This document shows, one piece after another, positions 1 through 12,645 of a stretch of DNA of 64,000 nucleotides (within the stretch, counting starts at the first letter, position 1; each line of letters begins with the position of its first letter). The notes under the pieces were generated by a model that saw only the letters and a list, made by a program, of their open reading frames with translations, was not told the DNA's origin and searched no databases. Source of the stretch: Aplysia californica (taxonomy: Eukaryota); NCBI RefSeq assembly GCF_000002075.1, contig NW_004797316.1:742509-806508 (forward strand), in the 5' to 3' direction. Position numbers and translations under genes: made by a program.

Positions 1-730
1 GCTTTGAAAAATACAGGCCCACATTTAACATTTTTAATCATTTGGCGTTTAGTGCAAAGTGGGATGATTATTGCACATTAATCTTTTTAATAAAATATTA
101 AGGAAATAGATTTGGCATCTGAAACTTTTATCAACATATTTGCTATATAATTATAATGTTATAGAGCTATAGTCTCCACACCCATAATAGGTTAATTTCT
201 CAAAAAGAGGTGTCAGATAATATATCATTGATTTCAATGGGCACTTTAAAATATGTGCACAATACATATTTTAAAAAAACAGGCAAGGTTTTGGTTATTT
301 GTGGTACAAAATCATAGAAGCTTCTGCAAGTCCCTTTATACAAAAATACGATTTATAACATTCAAAATAAAATGCGTACAGGACGCCTTTGAAGGTAATA
401 GCGTCTACATTCATTGATTCATAAACAATTACATTTTCAATCCTAATATATGTGATCTGATGGGTAATCTGAAATAAAATTCATCAAGTCAAGCCATCTT
501 ACCTCAGGGACTTTTTATTCATGCATCGTTTCAAATTCTTTTAAAAAGGAGCTAGATCTAGTTTTTATTGTATCAACGGGATCTTGTGCTTTTGTGTTGG
601 ACTTACATTGGTTTTGTCTCATCTATTGATTTGATTTTTAATAGTCTATTTGACATCAAATTTAAACACTCGAACATATTTTTTTTTAGACTTCTTCTAT
701 CAATTGTAAAATTATGTAGTTTAAAAAAAA

Positions 731-1985
731 AGTGTTTTGCGGCGCTTACAACTGCAAAAGGTCATATGAGTGCACGGGACACATTCAACATTTTCAGTTT
801 GGTAGGAATTAATTTTTTAAGGGGATCCACTGGTCAGATCAGTAAAAATTTTGAAAAAATATCAGTTTTCGGATTTTGGAGTATCTTAATAGATATCAAT
901 ATCAAGGATCCATCTTTAGAAGCCTAATTCCTTATCAAACTTAGAAATTGCTGGAAAATGCATTTAAGAGAGGTAGCAATGTAGTAAAATCTTCACCAAA
1001 AATTATCTCTCTTTGTAGTTTTCTCAGAATTGTTTATCTGACCAGGTTGCAACACTATATTGAGTAGATCTCAGAAAGTTACTGTCAGAATTGTTTCAAA
1101 TTTGCACACAATCTTTTACACACATTTCTCTATAACCTTACAGGAGCATTTTTGCTGTTTATGGTACACATTTGGAGTTTTAGGCCTTTTTTGTTTTACA
1201 AAATCTTAAAATATTGGAGACCTGAATGTAGTGCATAACAAGGACTGTAATGCTCACAAGTCAGTACAGAAAATTCAAATTTGGCTCTGTAAGGTTGTTC
1301 TACCTACCAACAGTAATCGCCATGCCAAATATTAGGCTTCTATCTTGATGAGTGTTGATGATTGACAAAATATAAAATTGGTTTTAAAAATGCAGAATCA
1401 ATCCTTTATTTTTGATGGCTCGAGATTATTATGGCTAAAATCTTGAATTTTTTGCTTGGTAACCTTTTTTTGTACTATGTCACCCCCTTTGATGCAGAAA
1501 AGCAAACATTAGACCAAAAACTACAGCATTTGGGTGTTGACCATAGCTACACCCCCTTAATCTTGCTTGGATGGCAGCCGAAGCCTACTCCTAATAAGAC
1601 TTTATCAATTTTAAGACCACCAAGGGATCTATAACGTGTGCACATGCTCAACTTGTACACAGGACCTCCGAGATTTTTTCGTCCTTATCCACCAAGAAGA
1701 CTAGGTGTTAGATCTTATCTACCCTAAGATCAGGGGTGTGGCTGGAAGATAGCAGTAAGAAGAAGCCAAGGAGTAGCAGTAGAAAGGCTGCAGAAAGAGT
1801 CAGGAGCCCAGAGGAGGGGGCAGAAATTGGAGACGAAAGCAGACAACAGAACATGGTGAGAGAGCGGGTAATGAAATGAATGGAGAAAATTTTTTTAGCA
1901 GAACATTTTCTGTTGTGTTGGGTTTTGAACCCAGGACTTACTGAATGAGACACGAACACCATATCTCTAGACCACGAGAGCCCCT
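731..1985 (-). mobile_element. tRNA-derived SINE (Meta-type core), split by an insertion at 821-1556
   Basis: Segments 731-820 and 1557-1985 are the reverse complement of the intact copy at 58306-58810, with the tRNA-like head at about 1915-1985. Confidence 0.85.
821..1556. mobile_element. Non-autonomous TTAA-targeting DNA transposon (Kolobok-like)
   Basis: TTAA on both sides (817-820, 1557-1560); GGGG...CCCCC termini with an imperfect TIR; cleanly interrupts a SINE. Confidence 0.75.
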
Positions 1986-3149
1986 AATGTAAGGTAAGCT
2001 TCAAGCCTGTTGCAACGGAAGATTTATACAGTGTATTTGCCGTTTATCTTAATGTTAGAACCAAGAACTATGATTGCTCTCTTTTTTTGTCGTTGTTTTG
2101 AAAGATTAATTGTTCTGCCTTTTGAAAAATATTGATTCCATGTAAAAGTTGAGAGTCTTGCCCCTTTAATTACGATTAGTACATATCACTTTTACTATTA
2201 CTACAAAAATTCATATTCATTGGAAGTTGCAAACAGCATATCTAAGTTCTTTACATGTATTTTGTTGCACTTTTTTTTTTAGTGTGCAATTTATGAACCA
2301 TGACATGTTGTTTCATTTTCGTTTGTGAGTGAGTGAGACAATGAGAGGTCCTCTAGTCTTGTCTAGACTCTTGTATTTTTCGTGTCACCATTATTCTCAT
2401 TTGCTTCCTGGCAAAATATGGAAGTTGCAATACCAACTCACAATGGGCATGATAATATCACTTCTCACTATTCACATAACAACTGCAACACTGAAGATCT
2501 AGGTTTGAATCCATGTGGGGTCCAGTTTACTCTCTGTCTTCTCTGGAACATGATCTCTCTTTAGAGTGGTGTCTCAGTGGGGGGAACCAAGTGCTCTTGA
2601 TTCATGATAAGACTAACATTGTCTAATACATGTATGACGTCAAACTTCACAGCCAAATTGTCACTGGAAGTGGAAGTACTCTTCTGCAGAATTCTATCTT
2701 TATGGTACTTTATCTCATTTTCAGTCCCAATCTTTTGCCATGCTTATCTTGGTTTTTGCTCTTTCTTTCATATATTCATAGATATGAAACTGGTGTACAA
2801 TGTAGGCCTACCATTTTTTAGCCACTGTCCATAGCACTGAACTTTTCAAGCCATTATATTTATGCTGTACTCACAATTTGGGTGGGTGGTTGGCGGGTGC
2901 TCCGGTGTGGTTTGCTCCTGCTTACGTATCAAACATCTATTGTCCCTTTCTTTCTTCATTTTATTTGTACTGGTATGTCACTCTCTCAACTCTAGTAACA
3001 CCTCTAATCTTTGGCACTTATATATTATATGTATGAACTACATGTATTTGTGTTGCAAGTGTCGTAAAACCCTTACTAAAAACTATTTTTAAAAACTCAC
3101 TATTTTGCAATGGTTTCTGGACTCCTGTGGAAGGTTTCATTTCTTCTCT

Positions 3150-5420
3150 TTCCTCCTCTGTATTTTAAAATGGTCTTGCTAAATTGACTGTTTCCAATAA
3201 ATCACCATGACAGTATTAATTTACAGACTCCAGCCAGACTCACTCATCCACCCGTTGTGCCAGGAGTTGCTGGTTTGTATGTCTGTAACACATTTTGGTG
3301 CAGTGCATCTAATTTAATGCAGTAAGACTGGTGACATAATGAAAACCTTTTTTAGTAAATTGCTTTTGATTATCAACCGTTATGTGTATTGATTCGTAAT
3401 TCTTAGAGAAGTTTGTTGTTCAACAGCTGTTGATGTACTGTACCAGTTCACCTCATATAATTTCAGCTTCAGTGTTAGATCATAGGTGGAAACAGATGGC
3501 TGATCTGCATACTGTCTGTTCATCAATGTTGGCCTGAGGTGCTTTCAGCTCTTTTGGGGGGAGTTTGAGCTCGTCACACCATCTGTTCGCCTCACACAGT
3601 GAAGTAGTGATCTTGATCTTTTCTGTACACTTGTATATATATATTTTGTATTCTCATGTGATGGGTTTTTCTGATGTCATCTATGCCTTGGTTGTGATGT
3701 TATGAGATGATGTACTGATAAAAACGATGCTCGAAATGGACTTTGCAGGTTGTGACAGCTTTCCACCACACAATCACATCACCATTGAAATGAGGCAGCT
3801 CTCTGTCAACACAATAACTCCTGCATTACCAAAGAGCCCTCTCCTTTTCACAAGTAGCACAACCCCATGTGGGACACCAAGGCGCCGAGTTTGCTGACAC
3901 AATGGCTTCGGTCTCCACTGGAATCCGTGGCTGACACTGACACTAGAAACTGATTTCCCAGAGGCAGGTTCTGTAATAGTTTCTTTGATGATGCCTGGTA
4001 GCCGCATTTGAGCTTCTGGTAAATGTCTTTCCTCAAAGACAAATGATATCAGCAGATACAAGATCACTATGCTTCTACACTGATTTCTGAAGAGCTTGTC
4101 AATAATTCTCTTTTCCTTCAGTGGTCATGCTCTTGGCCTTTCCTCTTAAAGTAAAAACAAATGCTGGGGCTCTCTGATGTGCCTAAGCAGAGGGGAGCTT
4201 CTTGAGTATGTCCTCGTACTCCTCGCAATATGCAGCTTCTTCTTGCACAAGCACAAAAGCAAAATAAAAGTGTCCATGGCCCTATCATAAGCATAGAGCC
4301 ACCACTGGGAGATAAGTCTCTGAGGCACAGTAAATCTGACGCCTCCAAGCCTGCACAGTTCAGACATAAGCTGTTTTTACTGGATGCAGAACCTGAAGTC
4401 CATGTGTAGATCATTAAAATAGGCCTTCCAACCTTCTGTCAAAAGTCTTGCAAAACTCTCCTTCACAACGTTGTGCACATGGTGACAAGAATCACCATCG
4501 ATATCAAGCAGATGGGGGGCCTTGTCTCTCAGTCACTTTTCCATGTCACTTTGACAGCCTCTCAATAGTCTCATGACATTGCAGCTGTCGAACAATTTAG
4601 AGATCAGGTTGCTCCATGGAATAGCATTGCTCTCTATGATGTCAATAATTGAACTTGAGATCGACTCAGCATTCACAGTGTACAATTCAACAGAAGCAAG
4701 ATGATAGATTTCTGAGCTGCCAGCATCACCCAGGAAACTAGCTAGCACTGTCAAGCCTCGTTTGCCATGAAAAGTTGTGCTTTCATCAGCTGTGAGGGAG
4801 AATGGGTGGTTCCTCAGTTGGCCTATCACTCTGTATCTGAGTGTCTTCTCTAGACCATTAAGAATTTTATATATGCAGCAGAAGTTTTTGAAAGGCTCTT
4901 TTGAGAGAGCCATGGGATCCCGGGCACATTCCTGAACCAGTGACACAAGCGCGTCTGCTTTTGAAAGAGGCAACGAATGCTCTGCCGTGAAAGCCAGGAC
5001 CATAGCCTCGAAATTTGCTGTCCTGTCCTGAAGAGGAATCAATTGTTCCAGCTGCTTAACTTTAACTGAAGCTTTTTACCTCAAACTGTTTCCTGAACAT
5101 AGGAAACACGAAAGGTTTTTTTTGTTGGTTTTTGCACTTCTTTGTCAGTTCAAAAAGACCACCTAAGGTAAAATTCATAGCTTGTGTAGCAACAAGTTTC
5201 AAGTGCTTCTCTAGTTTGAAATGCTGGATCAGGTGGCATTTTCCATTCCTACCATAATTCAGCTTGTCTTCGCTCCAATTGTAATAGGCTTGTCCTGCCG
5301 AGTCTATTTTGCCAATACAGTCACCAAGATTTTATTTCACTTCACCAACCTTTGGTAAATTGCAAGTGATCATTTCATCACACCACTTTCATGATCACTT
5401 ATTCTTCACTTTTGCATACT
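3150..5420 (-). pseudogene. Degenerate hAT-superfamily transposase
   Basis: Frameshifted fragments EAMVLAFTAEHSLPLS, FSLTADEST, FDSCNVMR and PHLLDIDGDSCHHVHN (C-x2-H motif); boundaries approximate. Confidence 0.75.
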
Positions 5421-6229
5421 TTAACAATCAATTTTTCACTTTCTTTTAGTTTAGTTTCCGCATCTTGAAAGGAGAATGTGGAATAACAATCTAAGTCGGT
5501 GTCACTGGTCACAGAATCAGCCCGGGATCCCAGCAGTGCTTTTGTTGAAGAGCCCAGAAGAAAATTCACAAGAAAACTTGACAATTCACCCCTACTTGGA
5601 TCTAAATGCTAGATTCCATCACTGAAATCACCTGTAGACGAAATGCATGATGTTAATCCACAACAGATGCTGAAGACAAGAGATGGATGGCGGAAACGAA
5701 AATTGGCAGAGTGAGTAGTCTGCAGGGTTGCCAGAAAAAAATGTGACAGGAGGCCAAGCCACCATGCTCAGGAGGCCAAATCATAAAGCTCTGGAGCCAA
5801 ATTGAATGGGTATGCATTCAAAGTGTAACAGGCGTAATTTCAACAGGAACCTCTTAAGGCCAGATATAGATAATGCTCACCTGATCGATTGCAGGCTCAG
5901 AGGATTCAATTCAATGCAGTTTCCACAAACAACTTAGCCTAAGACTGAGACTACATGTATAATATTTTCTTAAAACTAAACTGATTGAGTCTAGAATCCA
6001 TCTTGGGCATAGACTATGACTACATACATATATATAAACAAAACGATACTGATTGAGTCTAGAATCTATCTTGGTCATAGGCTATTTATAACTATAAGCA
6101 GTGCATCCAAAACAACTAAAGGTGGAGTCTTGTCCAACGTATACTGTCATCGACACATTTCAAATGAACATGCCCAGCCTCTTGTTCTGTCGCAGAAGCT
6201 TGTGAACTTCCTCCATAGTCATAGAGGAT

Positions 6230-9200
6230 ATTTGAGTTGTGGGCTGCAATCTAATTTCTGGCTTTGCTATGGTGAGATGTGGTGGGAGAGTTGAGGGAAC
6301 TCTTTCCAGAGGTTCTCGTCTTTCAGGGAGGTGATGTTTTTCTTGGAGATTGAGAACAGTGTCAAGTACAGATTTTGTATTTTTAAGTCTTTGATTAGGT
6401 TTCCACTTGTCAACAAGGACTCTATTAGGGTGGTTATTTTCTAGCCTTTTAGATCTTTCATATATTTCTAAAGCTGCCCGTTTTCTTCGAGTTTCTAATG
6501 GCTCAATATTTGTGTGGATTTCACAGGCCGCAGTCGGTGAGGATCTCATTCCGCCAGAGATAAGACGAAGAGCTTGGTTTTGGATGGTGTCCATTGAGTT
6601 CTTTGAAGTTTTACTGCAAATGTTTTGTAGAACAAGATTATAATCAAAAACAGCTCTGGTATATCCAAAATAGATGCCTCTCAAGGTGTTCTTGTCTGAT
6701 CCCCAGTTGGTACTGGCAAGTCGTTTGATGAGATTAAGTCTCTTCATAGCCTTCTCCCTAAGATTGTTGGTGTGTTGTTTCAGGTTGAGCTTGCTGTCAA
6801 GTTGTACTCCAAGATACACTGGGTTATTCTCCTTTTTCAAGTTGGTACCATCTATTTTGAGAGGGATTTCTGCATTTGCAAGGTTATAGCTTCGCAATTT
6901 ACTTTCATTTTCCATAAACGGCAATAGGTTCCTAGGGAATTTAGATCATCTTGTAGTCTCCGTCTGCTTATTGTTGTCGAGTTTCCAGTGTGCCAAAGGA
7001 CCAGGTCATCAGCAAAAAGGGCTTTTTGTTTTGAGAACATCTGAAACATCATTGAGGAAGACAAGGAATAAGGTACAGCTGATAGAAGATCCCTGTGGGA
7101 GTCCTTCCTCCAGCACTGCTTTTGAAGATAGGGTTTCATCCATCTGGATCTGGATAAGTCTATCTGTAAGGAATGATTTAATCCAGGAGTACATGTTTCC
7201 CTTGATTCCCATGTTCTGCAGTTTTAAGAGTAGTCCTTTCCTCCACACTCTATCGTAGGCTTGTTGGAGATCCACAAACACAGCCGTTGTCTGTTCCCCT
7301 CTTTGAAATCCATCAATGATTTTCTGTGTGAGCCTGAAGAGCTGGTCTTCTGTCCTGCCTTTTGACCTGAACCCTGCTTGACACTGTGATATCAGACCTG
7401 AAGACTCAAGCCACTAATAAAGACGAGAATTGAGGATTCTTTCACAGAGCTTGCCAATACAGGACGTAAGTGATATTGGGCGGTAGTTTTTAGGGTCATT
7501 GGCCTTCTTTCCTTTCTTTAAGATTGGGTTTATAGTGGCTAGTTTCCATGCTTTAGGCAGATTTCCCTCAGTCCATGTTCTGTTGTAGAGCTTAAGAAGT
7601 AGCAATTTGGCTTTTTCACCAAGGTTTTGTAGCATCTCGTTGTGTACTTTATCAGGACCTGGGCTTTTTCGCTTCTTTAGTTTCTTGATTGCACAGTCTA
7701 ACTCTCGCTTAATTAAGAAGTCCTGGAAGATACTCGGTGTCATCAAATCTCTCTCTTTTCCTTTCAGAACACTCAGTAGACCCCTGTCCAGGTCAATCCT
7801 TTTGCTGCTCTTGTTAATGGAGGCAAAATGTTTATTGAAGTGTTCGGCTTTTTTGAACTCGCTGGTGAGAACTTTGGTTTCTGTGTGTAGTGGTTTGGGG
7901 TTTTCTTTCCTTTTTTTGCCAGTGAGGTTATTTAGAAGTGTCCAAGCTTCACGTCCACCTTGATGTAAATTGAGTCCCTCACACTTCTGCGTCCAGGCTT
8001 CCTTCTTAGATTCCTTGGTGACAAGTTTAGCCTCTGCTACGGCCTTTTTGTATCTAATTTTCTTGTCCATATTTTTTAGATCTTTCTCATATTCATGTCT
8101 GGCATCATTTTTAGTTTTTGTAGCTCTCTCCAAGCGCTCGTTCCAAAAGGGTTTATAGTTGGTTCTGCACCCCTGTGGGATACTCTTCTTCGCAGCATCT
8201 AAGATGGTGGAGGTGAGTTCACTATTAAGGGCGTCTATACTTTTCTTGTCTAGATCATCCAGTTTAACTTTGTCCTCAGCTGTTTTTCTGAAGAGATCCC
8301 AGTTTGCCTTCTTGAAGTTCCAACGGGTTCCTCTTTTCCTTTGTCTGTGTTTCAGTATACTGATTTTGGTGAGAACGGGACGATGGTCACTAGATATACA
8401 GTCTAGCACCTCTTCACTGCAATTGTTGTGTAAATCAGCAGAGACCAGGGTGAGATCTGGTCTGTGGAGGGTCCCATGTCTCCTGTGAAGAAGTGTTTTG
8501 GTTGAATCCTCATCTTGAAGAAGGATGAGGTTAGAGGACAGACATAGTTCTTCAATCCTCTTACCTGTGTTGTTTTGGTCAGCATAGCCCCAAAGGGGGG
8601 AGTGTCCATTAAGGTCACCAGCTATGACCGTCTTCTTAAAGATAGTGCTCTGTTCCAAGAAGTTCAGAGTGCTACTTGGGGGACAATAGATGTTATAAAG
8701 TATGAGCTTGCTGTTGCCATACCACAGGGTGACTTTATGTGCGTCTGTGGGGTGCCAATTAAGGAGCTCTACTTTACCCTGGATGTCATTTCTGATATAG
8801 GTTATAATCCCTTGGCAACCTTCACATTTACATGGATAAGGGGTATACCCAGTGATGTTTATGTCACAGGATGAATGGAGAGTTTCTTGTAATAGAGCAA
8901 TGTGGACTTTCCTTTCGTACAAAATTTTTCCCAATTGTGTTTTCTTCTTGTCCAAGCCACAGACATTTGCCTGAAGAATATTGAAGTCTACAAGCTTCTC
9001 TTTTCCGTAGGGGGTGTTTTCTTCTTGTTTTTCCATTTTCTCTGCTTTCTGATTTTCTTTTTCTTCCAATAACCATCCACCAGGCCAGCTTGGTTGCCCA
9101 CTAAGACCTGGGGGAGACCTTGATTACCGAGGCGGCGTCTCAGCTCGTATGGGTGAATGCACAGCAGCATTTTCCATCGAGGACAAGACGTGAACGGATC

Positions 9201-9320
9201 TCGATTATAGCATCAAGTAGCTGTTTTCATTCTATTTCTTGGTTTGGTTTTCACTGCAGTCGCCAAATAAGAAAAGATTTGCTCCCCAGCCGCGTTGCTA
9301 ACGGGAGTCGTCAAGCAGAA
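6230..9320 (-). mobile_element. I-group (Ingi-like) non-LTR retrotransposon; single EN-RT ORF, degraded and 3'-truncated
   Basis: APE motifs ILQANVCGL, LQET, IAGDLNGHSPLWG and SDH; RT motifs KSPGPDKV, YRPISLTSCIGKLCERI, FVDLQQAYD, GLPQGS and FADD. The probable start ATG at 9177 is in frame apart from one stop. Further stops and frameshifts occur near 7414, 7010 and 6900. Confidence 0.93.
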
Positions 9321-10979
9321 TAGTGCATACACGACAAGTTCATGGAAAAATCCATGCTTCAAAACACCAAGCCAGAACTCTTCTGTACCCATCGGGATGC
9401 CTGTTTCTCGCTTTTCCTATCATCAGAGTTGATCTTTCTGTACTGCTCTTCCACAGTTGATGAGATTAGATGCTGAAAGGGCAGGTCAGAAAAGTTTCCT
9501 TTTCTAGTTTGGTTGAGGACACAGTTTGAACTGAAGAGACTCAGATTCTTGAAAGCATCAGAGGGTGTTCTCTTGTTTCATGTAATATAATTATAATAAT
9601 CATTGCAGTTGTGCCCATAATTTATGCAATTGTCATCAAATGTTTGCAGAATATATATATGATTATATGTGTTTAAGTGTAAAAAGTTTCCTCGTGCATG
9701 CTTTATATGCTGACTAGGTTGGACTTGTTGTCATAATAGTGATATACCTTTTAAATTTACATTATCTAGTTATTGTGCATACTTTAAATAACCTCTTTAA
9801 AAAGTTATTGTTCTGCATCATTTATGTTCGTAATTATTTTATTCATGATCATAAGTAAGTACATTTTTAAGAATGAAGCTTCTTTACTGCTACTATTGAC
9901 AAGCGTCTGTGGTGTAATGACTAGCTTCTTTATCGTCAAACGCAGAAGACGTGAAGTTGCTTCCCCACATTGTGAGGTTTTCAATCACTATCAAGCATCT
10001 CCATGCCTTACGTGCAGGATGGAAGCAGTCCGCCTTGTAAATAATTTAATGGGTGTAAAACATCTACCTTTTAAATACTTGATTTTCTACTGCTGTCAAT
10101 GGTCTGTATGATTTGCAGTGACCTAACTGTGTCACAAATTTAAGGTGGAGTTTTACAATATCCCCATGTATCATGTATGTCTGTGCATTGCATGTTTTTA
10201 AGAGTTCAGTTAAGTATACCGGTATTAAAACAGTGTGTTTTTGGTCATAAGCTCGTATCAACTTGATTTTAAACCATAATAATACAAGCCAGAGAACTAA
10301 ATTTCATCAGTTTGTCTTATTGATTTATGTCAGAGTCAGACTGAAAGAAAAAGGCTTAAAGAATGTGCATGGATCTCTGCAAGATGTTGAAAAGTTAGAA
10401 GATGATGAATGGGAAGTCTTGTGTTTTGTATTTTCTTTAAAATATAACTTGTGGTTTGTCTGTTTGAGACGTGCAAATTTATTTGGATCTGGATTGCCAA
10501 TAAAATGACTCTGTACTGTATTGAAGTTGTCAGTGTGACGTTGTTTTTCACTCAGAAAATTTACAATTGATTGATGGTGTGTCTTCTATGTCTTCACCCT
10601 GAGACAGCATTCTTTTAAAAAATGGTTATATTTTCTACAGTGTACAGTGCAAAACAGAAATGGCTGCTAGGACTGACAATTAGTGTTTATCCTAGTAGTT
10701 GTCCTACTATTCCTACCATAGCATGTTGAAAGATATCTTGCAAATGAGTTTTATTTTGTGCAATATTCATAGCCTCAAGGTTCAAACTTCTCATTCCCTT
10801 GAAAGGAGGAATATATATGTGTCATGATATGGTGGAATCAGGTGCTCCTCAATTTTTGGGCGTGGAGTTATTGGTGTCATCTGAAACTGAAACTAGTGAA
10901 AGCTGATTTGTTTGCCTTGCTTCACATGAAGTAATATCCACTTATCTTGAATAGAACTCTAGATATCGGCAATTGAATG

Positions 10980-11271
10980 GAGGTGAGGTCACCTGGTTTC
11001 TCTCAGTGTTGAAGTTGGTGAGAAAATGTTTGCCAAAGTTTGGTAACTCCAATAGCTAAAGAGTCTTTGAAAACTGAAAGATGACACGTTTTGTGCCTTT
11101 AATCAACGGGTAAAAAAAAAAAATTCAAATGGAAATGTGTTTTAATATGAACATAAAAGCGGTTAAGCCATAAAAAAAAATCGATAAAAATTTCCAAATT
11201 GGCAGAAAAATGGCTGTTTCTCCGATTTCTGTATTTTGACGAGTGCCCGATTTCACCACGCTGCCTCACAT
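10980..11271. mobile_element. Short MITE with (AT)GTGAG...CTCACAT termini; family also at 38186 and 62394
   Basis: Similar along its length to 62394-62675; the end gatttcaccacgctgcctcacat is the reverse complement of 38186 atgtgaggcatcgtggtgaaatc. Confidence 0.7.
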
Positions 11272-11493
11272 ATACAGAACCCTAAGGATTACAAATTATA
11301 TAACTGGATCAAAGAATGACACCCCCCCCCCCCCACAAATTAAAGATCTAATAAAGGTAAAAGTGATTCTGATAATTAGATGCAAGACCTCTGGAAAATA
11401 TATGTAGATGCTGAATCTAAAATTAATAAGAATTGCAACTCAGTTTACTTAAATTTTAAGGCCAGAGGCATGCAATATTAATACATTCTAGTA

Positions 11494-12243
11494 CAGTAGA
11501 ACATGATTATAGCGGCACCCGCTACAGCAGGACCTTAAGTTAACGGAATCCCCCTTTTTATCTCTATGTAAACTCAGTTATATCTGTGCTCAGGTTTAGC
11601 GGGGCAAGGAAAGGCCAGAACTCGGATACAGCGGGAGGGATCGAGCGAGATCCAAACAGACAGTCAACGGTGAGGCGATGTGATTGGCCAGTCCAGTGAT
11701 GAGTGAGGTGGGGCAGGCGGCAGGGAGAGATGGTGCGAGGAGACGCGTTGCGTGAGCCACTCCAAAAGTGCCATAGGCTAGCCTAGATGCTAAATAACAG
11801 CCTTAGGCCTACGCTAGGACAAAAAGTAAACAAAGAGGAGAGCGTGTAGTGTGTGACCCCTGATTCATTGAATTGCGATCGCTGATGTTCATCATAGGCA
11901 TACATGTATTATATATGCAAGCATTACTTCACCAGTTCTACAGCAGGCCTACCGGAACGATAGACAGCGCAAGCAACAAGACCGAGGAAAAGATGGCTTC
12001 CGACAAAGACAAAAGGAAATGCTTCTCACTCGAATTAAAGGCCGAGATAATCAACGAAACTGACAAGAAAAAGAAGACTAATCTAAAGCGCAAACTTTAT
12101 TGATATGGAAGGGAGGTAATCAAGTGGACTTTAAGACTTTTTTGGTAATTCCCCTTTGCATTCCTATAGGCTATATATCGGGAACTCGCTTAACAGGATT
12201 TTTCTTCTCTAACCAAAAGTCCTGCTATAGCCGTGTTCTACTG
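11494..12243 (+). mobile_element. pogo/Tigger internal-deletion derivative
   Basis: TA TSDs; TIR cagtagaacatgattatagcgg / cctgctatagccgtgttctactg; retains the transposase start MASDKDKRKCFSLELKAEIINE (psq/CENP-B-type HTH start). Confidence 0.85.
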
Positions 12244-12645
12244 TATTTCTAGCAGGCGAAAGCTCTCTGACTGCTGCTACAACTACTTCTTGGCAGAGAA
12301 TCTAGATCTATATTGTGCTCTATTCAAGAGCCAAATACGGTAAGTGTAAGGTGAATAAACCAAAATTGTGAATTATTTAATCTGTCAGTACAGAAATTTC
12401 ACAGCCTTACGTATTATTATTATCATGAGAAACTAGTAAAATGTGCTTAACGCAATGCCGAAGCAACATGTTATCATAGTGTGCAGGGGTGCCTGGTCAC
12501 TGACAAGGCTGATTTGGCTTTTGTGTACATGTATGCATTTTTGTGGAAAGAGCCATAACGTTTGGCAAACATCAACCTGAACAACTCAAGGGTCTAAAAA
12601 TGCTTACATGGAATATCAATTTCATGATTTTTTAAAAATGGTTAA

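Noticed and set aside
7607-8874. Plus-strand ORFs over the LINE, and similar antisense ORFs at 25186-26132 and 53246-55607
   Set aside because: Shadow frames of retroelement coding sequence with no recognisable domains.
10332-10508. Exon-like plus-strand ORF (VRLKEKGLKNVHGSLQDVEKLEDDEWEV)
   Set aside because: No partner exons or recognisable family; more likely a decayed TE fragment.
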